NCBI GenBank assembly: GCA_001938485.1
Contig: MQRK01219644.1
Span: 1-54,556, forward strand
Direction of reading: 5' to 3'
Length of the DNA: 54,556 bases
DNA from: Girardia tigrina
Lineage: Eukaryota
Under the pieces are notes generated by a model. The model did not search any database, was not told where the DNA came from, and saw only the letters and a program-made list of their open reading frames with translations. Shown piece after piece: positions 12,923 to 25,779 of the stretch. Made by a program: the position numbers and the translations under genes. Numbering within the stretch: position 1 is the stretch's first letter; every line of letters begins with the position of its first letter.

Positions 12923-13222
12923 CTCTTTGGAGAACCATGTCTGAATCAGTAAGTATGATGACGCAAGACCCACTCCGGCGCAACATGACACAATCATTGT
13001 TCCCTTGACTGCTCCAAATACAAAACCGCAAAATGCGTTAAGAATAAAATATCCAAATATGAATGGAAAAGAAATTAAAATAAAGAGAATTTGAATAACA
13101 CATATTTGAAGAAAGACGTTTGAATCGTTTACTCTACTAAAAACAATCCACACAAAAGATTTGTAACTAAGACTTAAAAAGATGACACACGTAAAGAGCA
13201 GCACTAGTTGAATTATTTTATT
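12923..13222 (-). CDS. TMEM64: Exon of a TMEM64/TVP38 (VTT, SNARE-associated) family membrane protein; other exons not located
   Basis: LFILISFPFIFGYFILNAFCGFVFGAVKGTMIVSCCAGVG matches the TMEM64 signature [28 protein letters not shown]. 300-nt stop-free exon bounded by TTTTAG acceptor (13223-13224) and GTATAT donor (12921-12922). Confidence 0.75.
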
Positions 13223-14738
13223 CTAAAATAATCATTTATATAATGATCAATCATAGCATTGAGGCAAACGATTATAATTTTAATATTGCACATTTCACTC
13301 AAATACTTTATGATTCAAAAAATAAGAGTTTTCATAACAATCCACATGATTTATTAAAACAAAAACACAATTGTTCATAATAAAATTTAGTAATGGAAAA
13401 TGGATTACAAACTTCTACAAGTTACATATAATTCAATTTTTCAAATATCACTACACCAAAACATGAAAAAATAATTTGATATTTATTCCATTTCATTAAT
13501 CCTATAGTAATATTTTCGAAAAAATTATCAACTCATAAAATCAATTTGCAAATAACTTCTTATATTGACACATCTGTAGATAAATCAGCATTCAACCTAA
13601 AATTGTTATAAACAAATGTAAAAAAAATATTAAAGTTGATTATGTAAAATATTATTAAATAATATGTAAGTAAATATTTAATTTTAATTATTATCTATCG
13701 CTCAATGAAAATGTAATTTAATTTAGGAAATTTAATTTTAAAAATTAAAGTTATAAAAATAAAATCACATGTATAATGTATATTATGGTAATATCTATTA
13801 AAGAGAGCTAAAGAATTTTTTTTTGAATTATTTTGGATTAATTCCTGAACTCTCTTTAAATATATATAATTAATTATTAAATATAAAATTTAGTTAAACA
13901 AATATATTTTAAATATAAATTATAAATACCAACGAAAGAATAAACGAAGATTATACACAAAAAAGAAAAAAAATGATGAAATATTCAGATAAACAGATAC
14001 TTTATATATTGATTTATTTTCTTTAACTTGTTGGATTTAGTGTCTTTCGAGTCTTGAATGAATAGATCAATATTATGCTATAAGTTGTGGTTAGCAATTC
14101 TTGAATATTTGTAGATAGATTAACCATTGATAATTCATCAATATTATCTTTGTTGCGATGGAAGAATGATTGCATTGAAATGGAATAGGACAGAAATAAA
14201 TAAAGAATGTTTTGCTAATAAAGTTATTGCGATTGTAGTAGTTAATTTGAATCTTTCTTGGAATTTTTGAAGAAATTGCGATATATAAGAATCCAGTAAA
14301 TTTGATTAATTAGTAAAATATTTCATTATTGATTTTTTAAATTTTCTATCTTAATTAATATTATATATAAATATAGGTAGGTCACGTCGATATCATCAAT
14401 TCAAATCCCTTTTTCTTATCAAAATATTAATCATAAACTTGTAGTACTTCGCAATTCATGAAACATACACATAAATATTATCCATAAATTTATAGAGCGT
14501 ATAATAAAATTCACATTGAAAATCATTATTGATACATTTAACCAAAAAGAAATGGATGTTCTATGATAATATAAAAATTTTATCAAAACGATACTTCCAT
14601 TTAAGATATTTGCAGTGACAACATGAAACAAGAACGTATTTGATATAGAAGAGTATCACTTGTTAAAGATACAATAATCTATACGATATTTATAAAAACA
14701 TTAATTATTTTTCTAGTTATTTATCTCAAATTTATATA

Positions 14739-16039
14739 TTGGGTTGGCCAAAAAGTCATTGCGTTTTTTAGTAAAAAAAAACAAAGTTTATTATAAAACA
14801 AGTAAATGTGCCGTCCAGCGACAAATAAAAAGCTTGAAAATATAAAACGATGTGATAAAATTTCAATTATATATTCTTAAACCTTAATTTTCAGACTATG
14901 TTTATACAAAATATTAATTGATTTTGTTTTAATTTACTTTAACGTCAATTCGAAATGGAAAATCAAAATGAGCATATTCGTCATGTTTTGTTGCATTATT
15001 TTCGCAAAGGGAAAACCACTGTGCAAGCTCATAAGAAGATATGTTTTGTATATGGTAGTGACTCCATAAAACTTCGACAGTGTCAATACTGGTTTTCTAA
15101 ATTTCATTCTGAAAAATTTCATCTGAAAGATGCACCACGCTCCGGTTGACCAGTTGAAGTTGATGGCGACAAAATAACAGCACTGATCAAATCTAATCCA
15201 CATATGACGACAAGAGAAGTTGCAGAGACACTGGAAATATCAAAATCAAGAGTTTGAAGTCATTTAAAGAAACTTGTATTCATCAATAAACTCGATATGT
15301 GGTTACCACATGAACTGAAACGTATCGACATATGCGATTCCATTTTGAAGCGAGAACAAAGTGATCTATTTTTGAAGCGCTTGATTACGGGTGACGAAAA
15401 ATGGATTGTTTACAACAATGTGGAACGCCGACGATCATGGACAAAACGTGGTGAGCTTGCCAAAACGATCCCAAAAGCAGAAATTCACCAAAAGAAGGTT
15501 ATGCTTTCCGTCTGGTGGGATTTTAAAGGAATTGTGTTTTTTGAACTCCTTCCGAGAAATGAAACCATCAATTCAGACAGATATTGTGGTCAGCTGGAGA
15601 AATTGGCTCATTCAATTAAACAGGAACATCCTGAATTGACAAATCGAAAAGGAGTTGTAATTCAGCATGATAACGCAAGACCGCATACAAGTTTGACCAA
15701 TCGCCAGAAACTCTTATCACTGGGTTGGGAGATTTTGCCCTACCCCCCGTATTCTCCAGACTTGGCCCCATCGGATTTTCACTTATTTAGATCACTGCAG
15801 AATTCCTTAAACAGAAAAACATTCGCCAGTGATGATGACATCAAATCGTTCCTAGACGGCTTTTTTGCTGACAAAGGTAAAGGTTTTTATGAATCAGAAA
15901 TAATGAAGCTTCCGGAAAGGTGGAAGAAAGTGATTGACAATAATGGACAGTATATCGTGTAAAAATATTTGTGCATCCATGTCATTTTTTGATAATAAAT
16001 ATTTTAGTAAAAAACACAATGACTTTTTGGCCAACCCAA
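14739..16039 (+). mobile_element. Full-length mariner (DD34D), mellifera-subfamily-like; transposase pseudogene 14955-15962
   Basis: TIRs TTGGGTTGGCCAAAAAGTCATTG(C/T)GTTTTTTA, TA TSD, 1301 bp. MENQNEHIRH N-terminus, WLPHEL, ITGDEKW, HDNARPH, YSPDLAPSD with 34 residues between D2 and D3; premature TGA codons at ~15147 and ~15255. Confidence 0.96.
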
Positions 16040-16739
16040 TAAATCTATTGTTTCTTTAAAGGATAAAATGTAATTTAGGCATTCTAAATGAACTATTTTC
16101 TTCACAACAATTAAAATATTGTAAAATAATTGATGGAAGATAATTATAAAGGTACATAAAAAATCATACTAAAATCAATTTATAATGTTTACTCATAATC
16201 GAATGAAATTCGTAGTGATAATTAGACTCATGCAAATAAATATAGACCGTAATAAACATCTTATTTGCATAAAACAATTTAATGAATAATCTATTACATA
16301 GCTTCACACTATACATTTTGAGAATAAATTTTGTTAAATAATGTCTTATTTATGGCCACAAAAGTATTTAGTAACTACTTTTGGTATTGAGAACAAAAAT
16401 ATTTCAAAAATTATACCAAACCTATGGAATATAAATTTTTTAAAAATCATATTTAATCTGGACTTCGATAACTTAATGCAATTTTTTCCATGATTTATGA
16501 CATCTAACCTAAATTAATTGTTATTTATAAAAACGAAACCATTGCCTGATCCATGGCATAACAAACTCTTCAGTTACAAACTCTCGGTGAAGTAATGAAA
16601 GATATAGATTGAACTTTGACATTAGATTTACCTAATCACACCAATTATAGTTCCATTATACAATATATATAAATATCAAGTTTGTTTAACAGTGATAATG
16701 CTTAATAGCATTATTTTTACTAACTTTCAAAAAATGTAC

Positions 16740-17849
16740 CAACCAGTAGAATTTCGCAGCGTTAATCGCCTTTTGCTTTTTAGGAAGACTGAAAAGAAGG
16801 ACATCATGTGTCATCTGCAGAAACACATGGAAATGAATCGCCATGCAAGGGCACTATTTACATTTGGATAAGAGAGTTTTCATCTGGTAGTAACAATATG
16901 TTTAACGAAGAAAGATAATCGGTAACCTCAAGAAATTCCTGATGAAAAATTGGAAATTTTATCAATTATTGTTAAAGAAGAGAGCCGAATCATCCAGAAA
17001 GAGCTGTCAAACCAACTCAATTGGAACGAAATCACTGTGCAAAGTATGCTGGGGGACCTTGGTGTTAGAAAATTGTGCAGTTGACCTTTTCCACGATTTC
17101 TGACAGCCGAAATGCGAGAAAAATGAAGGCAAGTATGTTAATGTTCGATCGCATTTTTTCGGGAATATTTTAACGGACGATGAGACTCGATTAAGTCTCT
17201 ATATTCCATACAGTAAGACTGAGTCTCGTGAATGAGTATTTTCAGAAAAAAAGCCACTGAAATTCTCCATTCGGAGACTTTTCATCGAAAATTCGATTCA
17301 TACTCATTGTGTTTTTTTGGACGCAAAATGGTGGTCATTATATCCCATTACTACTGCGCTCTGCTTAATAATGTGAGACAATTGCGATGTAAACCAAGGA
17401 ACCAAAATCTCTATGTCTTGTATGGCATCACATCTGTGCCAACAGCTCGCAAAACAATGGACAGAATCTCCAAAAAAGGGTTTGTGTTAACTTCTCATTT
17501 GCCATACAGCTCTGACTTGGCTCTAAATTACTATTTTTTGTTTAGTCACTTAAAGCAACACCTGCAAGGGCGAACAACTGAACCCATAAAAGATCTCATT
17601 GGTCTAATGTAGAATTATTTTTAAGAAAAAGACATCACTTTCTTCGAATATAGTGTGTTTTCGCCTGAAAATCGATGCAGGGAATACCTGACAGCAAGAG
17701 GTATTACATAGAAAAGTGAAGTTTCCCATTTATCTACCTAGTATGCTTACGTTTAGTACAAAGTTTTAGTTTTGTGTGATATTTATTTCTATTCGAGTAT
17801 AAGGACTGTCTATCCATACTACGTATCACTAAATTTTGAAACTCCTCCA
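16740..17849 (+). mobile_element. Highly degenerate mariner (irritans-like)
   Basis: Remnants EFRSV, LGDLGVRKLC..FPRFLT, ILTDDET.LSLY.P.SK.ES.E, HLPYSSDLA.NYYFLFSHLK, RGDYIEK-like end; candidate right TIR AAATTTTGAAACTCCTCCA|TA. Confidence 0.78.
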
Positions 17850-18391
17850 TAAAAGTTTAAAATCTTAATATAACCATTATTTACATAAAAACTTTATTAA
17901 GCAAATGTCTGATTATCTTATGAAATTTATTTACTGAGATTACAAGGCGCTTTTTTGCTGGATGCGACTTAACGTCATAACTTTCATATCTATTTACGAT
18001 AACCAAGTTTATTGATGAGAAGAATATTTTCAAATTGTTATACACATATGACATTTGAAAAATATTCCATTCATCTATAAACTTGGCTAGTGTGATGTAT
18101 TTCCCTATCCTGATTGAGGATTGATTTTGGAATATTTGAAAATTTGAAAAATTCAGATAAAAATAAATTTTAATTTTAATAAATTTAAAAATTTTAATCA
18201 AATAATTATTTTCTATTATATTATAAAACTCTTAAATTGAATGATTTAATTTTAATCACTCTAATTTTTTCCTTGAAATTTTAGTCGGAACATCTTAAAA
18301 AATTATGTTGATGGTTTTTTAGATTTTTTTTTTAAAATTTGATGATTATGTACTATTTCATTTAATTAATTTTATTTTAATTTTATAATAT

Positions 18392-18850
18392 CTCACATCC
18401 CACTCGTTTCAAAAGGTTTCAATCAATCTATATTCCTCACCAATATTTTTCCGTTTTTACCTTATAATTCATAACTTCTGACGGATCAATTTTAATGAAT
18501 TTTCATAGGCCCATCGTAACGGTTATCATCTTTATTACTTCTGTTTTCCACTTTCACCAGAACATGTTGTCCAACATTAAATACTCTGTTTCCCCATTTA
18601 CTATCACCATATGTAATTATATTTTTATTTTGTTTATTTTTTTCTCTTTATTCCATTGCTTATTCCATTCCATTGCTTATTTATACTATTCCATTGCTTA
18701 TTTATCGGGAAACCAAATACGACTTCTGCTGGAATCATTCCGATTGACTTTTGTGTTATGACATTTGTGGCATATTCAACTTCTGGTAGTAAGTCCACCC
18801 AAGTTTTTCCATTTTTATCTTTATATAAAATCTAAAATTGTCCTAAATTT
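18392..18850 (-). mobile_element. Ty3/gypsy integrase C-terminal fragment with PPT and LTR start
   Basis: KTWVDLLPEVEYATN..QKSIGMIPAEVVFG, VGQHVLVK..KDDNRYDGP, RSYEL..KNGKILVRNI, followed by PPT-like GAGTGGGA and TGTGAG. Confidence 0.8.
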
Positions 18851-18859
18851 CTTTAGATT

Positions 18860-20349
18860 AACCCATTGATTTCGAAAAACAATTTATTCTAGATACAGAT
18901 GCCAGTTTTGATAGCATAGGGGCGGTACTGTCACAGATAAGTGATTCGGGGAAAGAACAAGTAATAGCATATGGATCACATTCAATGTCAGCACATGAAA
19001 AAGGTTATTGCATAACAAGGAAAGAACTTTTGGCAATTTTTTATTTTTGCCAGCATTTCAACCATTATCTGTACGGGAAGAGATTTAAATTGAGAACGGA
19101 TCATAAAGCTATAACGTTCATGTTTCATACAAAGAAACCCTTAACGACTCAATTCCAAACGTGGATGAATTACTTAAGTAGTTTGGATATCGAAACAGAA
19201 TATAAAAAGGGAGTGCTGCACGGCAACACTGATATGTTACCAAGATAGAATTGCGACACATGTACACAATGCCAAATGGAACACGAAGAAGCGAAAAAAT
19301 GAAAAAAAGACGAGATTATTGGCAGTGACTACGAGGAGTCAAGCCCGAGCGGGTATGAAAGAATGGATAACGAAAGAAAAAAGAAGCGATCTTATCATAC
19401 AAACACATAGATTATTGTGCCATGCAGGAGCCGAAAAAGTATACGAATATCTGAGGGACAAGTTTGACATGGAAGAAGAAAAGAAAACGGTAAAAAAGGT
19501 GGTAGGATCATGAATGGAGTGTCAACGAACAGAGACAAAGGAAGAAAACATAAAAATAACAACGTCAGAAATATTTGAGAAAGTTTATATAGACATCTGC
19601 TGACCATGGAATGAGACGGTAAGAAAAGAAAGATACATCTTGGGAATAATTGACCATTTCAGTAAATATGCGAGCTTGAAAGCAATTAAAAGACAAGATG
19701 AAGAGACAATAGTAAAAATGATATTACAGAAATGGATATTAAAATTTGGAGCACAAAAAGAGATCCACGTAGACTGCGGAAAATGTTTCGAAGCGAAAAA
19801 AGTAAAAGAAATGTTGGAAGCAAAAGGTATCGAATTGATTTTCTCTAGCCCATATCACCATAACACAAATGGGATATTTGAAAGACAGTTTCGGACAATA
19901 CGAGAATTCATACAGATAAGTTTAAAAGAAAGAAACGCTACAAGTTGGGCAGACATATTACCGAAAGTGAAATTTGCTATAAATGCAACGAAACAAAAGA
20001 TGATAGTCCAGCAGAAGTCGTATTTGGGAAGAAAATAGATAGACAAAAGTGGTATGATAACAGCAAAATAAACCGGGAGGATACCAGAATAAGACTAAAA
20101 GAAAAAAACATGCCAGAGGAAAATGTAACGCGAAGAATTTATAAGGTTGGCGAAAAGGTCTGGATTCAAAAGGAAAATAGAACGAAAGGAGAAGATAGAT
20201 TCGAGGGCCCTTATGAAATTATAGAAAGAATTCACGAAAGAAGCTACAAGTTGGAAAACAAAAATGGTAGACAACTTATTCGAAATGTTGAAAAATTCAA
20301 AAATTTTAAAAACGAGGGGGATGTTGGGGTTCCTTTTGGTGAACTTTAA
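18860..20349 (+). mobile_element. Ty3/gypsy pol fragment (RNase H, integrase zinc finger, rve core, GPY), degenerate
   Basis: FILDTDASFDSIGAVLSQ, YCITRKELLAI, LRTDHKA, H..LCHAG, IIDHFSKY, SSPYHHNTNGIFER, RFEGPYEI; PPT AAAACGAGGGGGA directly before TG at 20322. Confidence 0.93.
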
Positions 20350-22537
20350 ATTTTTGATATTTTTTAAAAATCATATTTGTATTTTATGTAAATTAAAAAT
20401 AATGTTCGATTAATTAAAATGAAATAATTCTTTAAAATAAAAACCTTTTAAATTCTTAAAAAAAAGAAGAAACTCATTCTTTAAATTTTTGGAAATACAG
20501 GGTGGCCCAATGGGTACGCAGCCTCTAATTTTTGCATATTCTAAATCTACTCGACAAGACGAGTATTTTGATATATAACATGTGAGGTGTGAAAATTCCA
20601 GAACTTGACCTTTTTGCGCAATAAACGTCAAATTTTGAAACTCAGAATTTTGTTATAAAAATGGATTCATTTTGTGGATTTTTTAATGCTGATTAGGAAT
20701 ATATGGTATTTTTCTCATAACACTTATGGTTCGAAAGTTATACGATTTATAAAACTTAACATTTATTGGTCAATGTTGAAAAATTTGAAAGAATAATGTA
20801 ATAAATAGAAAAATAATCAATGTTTGAATGAAAAAATATATTTGAATAAACGATGCTACATTAATAAAGTAGATGTTCAAAGTGCTTTCCTTCGGTCTCT
20901 ATCACATGTCGAAGTCTTGTTTCAAAATTTTAAATAGTCTTTTTCAAAATATCGGGTCCAATTTTCTTGATTTCTTGTTCAATTGCGATTTTAAGCTCGT
21001 CAAGTGTTGCTGGTTCTGTGCGATAAACCTTGTCTTTGAGATAGCCCCATAAAAAGTAATCACAAGGGTTNNNNNNNNNNNNNNNNNGAGGCCAATCCTC
21101 TCCAGAACCTGTTTTAGAAGGTACATCCAATCCAATTATTCGATTTGAAAATTGTTCAGAAAGGAGATCAAATATTTCTTGAGTTCGATGAGGTCTTGCT
21201 CCATCTTTCATAAACCAATATTCCTCAACTTTTTGCGAACAGAGTAAATAAGGAAAGATTTCATTGTTGAGCATATTAAAATAGGTTTTTGCGGATATAT
21301 TTTGATAAATGAAGACTGGTCCGATGATTTCTTCAGATGACATTGCACACCAAACAGTTAAGCGAATNNNNNNNNNNNNNNNNNNNNNNNNNNNNNNNNN
21401 NNNNNNNNNNNNNNNNNNNNNNNNNNNNNNNNNNNNNNNNNNNNNNNNNNNNNNNNNNNNNNNNNNNTCAGAAAACCATATTTTGTTAAAATCAATTTCA
21501 CCACTCTCTTTCGTGTTAATTAGTTTATTTGAGAATTCAAATCGTTGGACACCAGCTCTTTCACTAATCGGTTGATTAATTTGAATCTTGTAAGGGAATA
21601 AAGCTAGATCTAATTTCATTATTCTTTGTATAGATGATCTTTGTATTCCGAGTACTCTTGAGGCCTGTCTTTGGCTTGATTCCGGATTCTCATGAAAATA
21701 ATTTTGTACGGACTCGATGTTTTCTTCCGTTCTTACAGTCTTGGATTTCGTTTTCATTTCTTCTTTATTATCTAGAACCGTTCCAAATTCCATGAACTTC
21801 TCGTATGCACGCTTTATTGTAGTTGGATCAATTTTATAATGGCTTCCAAACTCAATTCTAAATTCTTTAGCCACTTCGGTTGCCGATTTCAGTTCGTGGA
21901 ACTTAAGAACCATGAAAATTNNNNNNNNNNNNNNNNNNNNNNNNNNNNNNNNNNNNNNNNNNNNNNNNNNNNNNNNNNNNNNNNNNNNNNNNNNNNNNNN
22001 NNNNNNNNNNNNNNNNNNNCAGAAGTGATAAATTTAACTAAATTAGCTATCAAAATACAGATCTATAATTAATCTCTCGCAAGTTAATGCCAAAATTGAT
22101 ACCAAATGCTTTTTAATCAATTGACAAAATACAACGATATGGTTTTTTCATAAATTTAAAATATTTAATTTGTTTTTTATGAAACTGACAAATAAATGTT
22201 AAGTTTTATAAATCGTATAACTTTCGAACCATAAGTGTTATGAGAAAAATAACCATATATTCCTAATCAGCATTAAAAAATCCACAAAATGAATCCATTT
22301 TTATAACAAAATTCTGAGTTTCAAAATTTGACCTTTATTGCGCAAAAAGGTAAAGTTCCGGAATTTTTACACCTCACATGTTATATATCAAAATACTCGT
22401 CTTGACGAGTAGATTTAGAATATGCAAAAATTAGAGGCTGCGTACCCATTGAGCCACCCTGTAATTAATTGTTATAAATAATCTCTAAAATAAAGTTTAC
22501 AAAATTATGACTTCCAATTTTAATCACGAACCTAACA
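20322..22537 (+). repeat. Gypsy 3' LTR (~250 bp: 20322-20497 plus 22464-22537) split by a DNA transposon
   Basis: Starts TGTTGGGGTTC right after the PPT and ends GAACCTAACA (inverted termini), with AATAAA about 50 nt before the end. Confidence 0.7.
20498..22461 (-). mobile_element. Long-TIR Tc1/mariner element (rosa/DD41D-related), transposase ~21913-20870
   Basis: Near-identical ~270-bp TIRs (20498-20767 and 22191-22461) starting CAGGGTGGC, TA TSD. Motifs FPYKIQ, IWFS, LTVWCAMSS..IIGP, WFMKDGARPH, WP[6X]NPCDYFLWGYLKDKVY, GKHFEH; three N gaps. Confidence 0.94.
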
Positions 22538-23659
22538 GCATGCATATTATATTTCGAAAAAATTGCATTCAGAAATATGTAAGAATATTCAATTGTTATT
22601 TTATATTTAGAGTACTTTTGGGGATTTTTCATGAAAAATATCCCGGATTTTATTACATTTGAGTAATGATTTTTAAATTCATCGCCTTTTCGATGATTTG
22701 AAAGTTTTTCTTCTTCAAAAACTTCTTAGTTTTTGTTCCGATCTCTTTTACAAATAAACTAGTAATGGGTATAACGCCATATACATTGAAGAGACTTTCC
22801 TTCATCTCTGTAAAAGGATCAAAGTGTATAGTCGGTTGGATAATGGGAGCAATATATGAGAAAATAACTTTAAAATTCTCTGTAATTGATTTAAAGATGA
22901 TTAGGTAGATTAACATGTAATGCTTTATTATTAAGATCAATGGATTTAAAAATCAATATTCAGGCTTCAAACTCAACTTCTCTGTTAAGCGTTTTCAAAT
23001 ATAACCTGATGATATTATTGATTAAGTAATCATTGGTTTCTTATATAGCAACAGAATAAATGTTAAGTTTAGTTTGAAGGTGGCGGCTAATACGTTCAAA
23101 TTAATGACTGAAATAAAAATTTAAAATGGTATTCAGAGAACTGATTTCAATTTGCCATCATTATTGAATTTTGTATTAAAAAATATTTTATAAACAAATA
23201 AATTTTAATATTATAATCGGAAAATAGTTTTTATTTAAGTTTTTAATGATTTAGTTACTTGTTTCAGGTTCAATTTTATATATTAACTTAATTTAAGTAT
23301 ATATAATTAGCTAACAATTACACAGAACTATAATTAAATGCGAAATCTGCGAATCAGTGAATCTAGTTAATCGTTTCAAGAAAACTCCTAAAATAAACAA
23401 CATAATTCAAAAATAATTATTACACAGCAAAAAAATATTAAAGAAGATAAACATTAGATTTTATTTATATTTACTATTTCAATTTATGTTTTGTTTATTA
23501 AACAAATCTGTTGTTATCTTCCATAAACATTAATTAATTTCTCATTGTTTTGTAAAATAAATCTTCTAAAATTACCTTTTAATAATAAATGTGTTGTAAT
23601 AAAGGATGTTTATCAGAGTAGAACCATGCGTAACATTTATCGTTATTTATTTTAATGTT

Positions 23660-24330
23660 TCATATTAAGCCTCCCCCGACTGTTACGGATAACTGTCTAT
23701 TACAAATAATACTCAGCATTTGCACACAGGGTAGTAAATCCTAGACTCTGTATCGGGTAGAAACCATTTGACAAATACAAAGTTTTCTGCTCCTCTCACA
23801 CGGTTTCAGATGCAAGAGTGCGAGGTTTCAATGCACGGGCACGCTTCGGCTTCCCTCTGAGAAATAACCAGTCATGTTCCTTCGTTCCTTGATTCTGGAG
23901 ACTTTTGGCTGTATAAACCCAATTAGTGCAATGGGGAAATTGGCAATCAAACATTCCTTTATCCGTTATATTATCCAACCGAAAATTCAGCACCACAGTA
24001 GGGATTACTCTTGAACAGTCCTCATCAGTTACACCGACAGACACTAGCATATCATGTTCCGCGTTCAAGTTTAAAGGTCCAGTTATCTCTTTCTGCTTCT
24101 TCTCTTTGTACTACTTGGATGTTCGTAGAACCATTACCATGGATTTGATGATCAATTAATAAATGCCGTTGTAGCAATCCATTAGTTTTTATAACTTTTG
24201 TGGCAGTTCTCCATGGAACATATGAATGAACCATCACCTCTCTGAGCCGTAACTTTTCCAATTGTCGATGTAATTTAATAACGAGACTAAAATTATGTCG
24301 GGGATTCATATTTGATACGTGGTATGCTTT
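23660..24330 (-). mobile_element. Probable 3' fragment of a non-LTR retrotransposon with C2H2-like motifs
   Basis: LQRHLLIDH and GMFDCQFPHCTNWVYTAKSL...EH resemble the GEFRCHFRG..RVYTTQ remnant at the 3' end of the LINE (~39750-39810); GC-richer than its flanks. Confidence 0.4.
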
Positions 24331-24560
24331 TATGTAGAAACTTTTAAGTATATTTATAATGAACATAACCCATTAAATAACATCCAAAATTGGAAATGTA
24401 AATCATCTGCATCAATTTAATAGTGAATAATATATAAAAGTTAATTTGATACATTACATTTTAATAAATAATTACATTAATTATTTTATTTATTATTTTG
24501 GTATGCAAATTATTTCAGAAAGCAACAATCAAAATACAAAATTTACTCGTGCAAAAAGGT

Positions 24561-24804
24561 TTAATAAGGGGTAAAACAAGGATGATGAGGTTTTTTGTTA
24601 GTATCGAGCAAAAAGCTGGACGATTTTAATTTACAACGATATTTAGACATATTCGTGGGATTGGATATGACTGAATTTGAGTTTTGACAAGTGGATATTT
24701 GAGTACAATTTGAGTAAGTAATTACAGACTGATGATCAACATTAGGAGTCTCGGACATGGTTTTAGACTTGTTTGATGCTACAGAATTCATAAACGATTT
24801 GATA
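24561..24804 (-). CDS. PCBP: PCBP/hnRNP-E-like KH protein, terminal exon
   Basis: TTTAG acceptor at 24805-24806; phase fits the previous exon; ends ...KKPHHPCFTPY then TAA (PY-type C-terminus). Confidence 0.75.
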
Positions 24805-24871
24805 CTAAACAAATCATGCAAGAAAACAAGTGAAATATCATGCGAACATTTTAAAAAAATTATTAACTTAC

Positions 24872-25196
24872 TTTGCATTTATTAACATTTCTGCAGTATT
24901 AATTGAATCTGGTGTACCAGATATTGTTATTTGTCTTTCTGTAGATTTTTCTTCACAGTAAGATATTTTAATTTGAGCACCAGATAAAGATCGGATTTCA
25001 TTTATTGTCGTACCCCCACGACCAATAATACAACCAATCATATCATTGGTAATGTTAAACTCCTTAACAACTTGAGAACTTCCAGAAGACGATTGAGATG
25101 AAGATAAGGAATCAGATTTCATTGAGTAAGAAAGAGGATGATGATGCCTTGGCCACATTGGAATTGATGGAGGGAAAACATTGAATGGAGGGTTTT
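24872..25196 (-). CDS. PCBP: PCBP/hnRNP-E-like KH protein, exon encoding KH3
   Basis: EFNITNDMIGCIIGRGGTTINEIRSLSGAQIKIS...STERQITISGTPDSINTAEMLIN matches PCBP KH3 with the GxxG loop; TGTAG acceptor, GTAAGT donor, 67-nt intron follows. Confidence 0.93.
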
Positions 25197-25238
25197 CTAC
25201 ATTCAATAAAATTTGAATTTATTTTAAGAAAGTATTAC

Positions 25239-25362
25239 CTGATACAAAACCAGGAAAAATATTTGGAGCAAGTATAGTCCCCGTTGAGGATGGTGACATC
25301 GGGTATAAAGCGATAGTCGGAGACACATTTGTTTGCTGGAATCCATTTCCAGATTTCATTAA
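25239..25362 (-). CDS. PCBP: PCBP-like protein, KH2-KH3 linker exon
   Basis: TATAG acceptor and GTAATA donor; 124 nt, phase 0 to 1, reads LMKSGNGFQQTNVSPTIALYPMSPSSTGTILAPNIFPGFVS and joins the next exon in frame across a 42-nt intron. Confidence 0.8.
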
Positions 25363-25779
25363 CTATAATAGACATAATAATATTAATAATTATCTTTCTT
25401 TTATGAAAATGTAGATCATTGTCGTTTGTATTGACTAAATAGATAGTGGTAATTTTTTAATGACATATATTATTTAGCATCACAAGTTTGATAATATTAG
25501 TTTGTGTATAAAATAATGATGGTTTTTAAGATATAATTTTGGTATATACCTTTATTCAGTATATCTCAGTTTAAAATAAACTTTAATTAACAAAATAAAA
25601 CAATTAAAATTAATTCATTTTGAATTTGCATCTTGACATGTATAAATAAAATTGAAAACAAATAAATACTACAAAATCAAATCAAAATTAACAACTACTT
25701 TTAAAATACCTTTATTTTTCATCAACATTTTATTTTACTTAAAGTCAATCAATCTGATAAAAAAAAAGTATATGAATTA

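Noticed and set aside
18651-18703. Three TTCCATTGCTTATT repeats as a CRISPR-like array
   Set aside because: Short slippage duplications inside a gypsy remnant; eukaryotic context, no spacers or cas genes.
12302-24030. Other CTGANGA motifs (e.g. 12302, 16939, minus strand ~24023) as hammerheads
   Set aside because: No helix II closed by GAAA and no helix I/III pairing.
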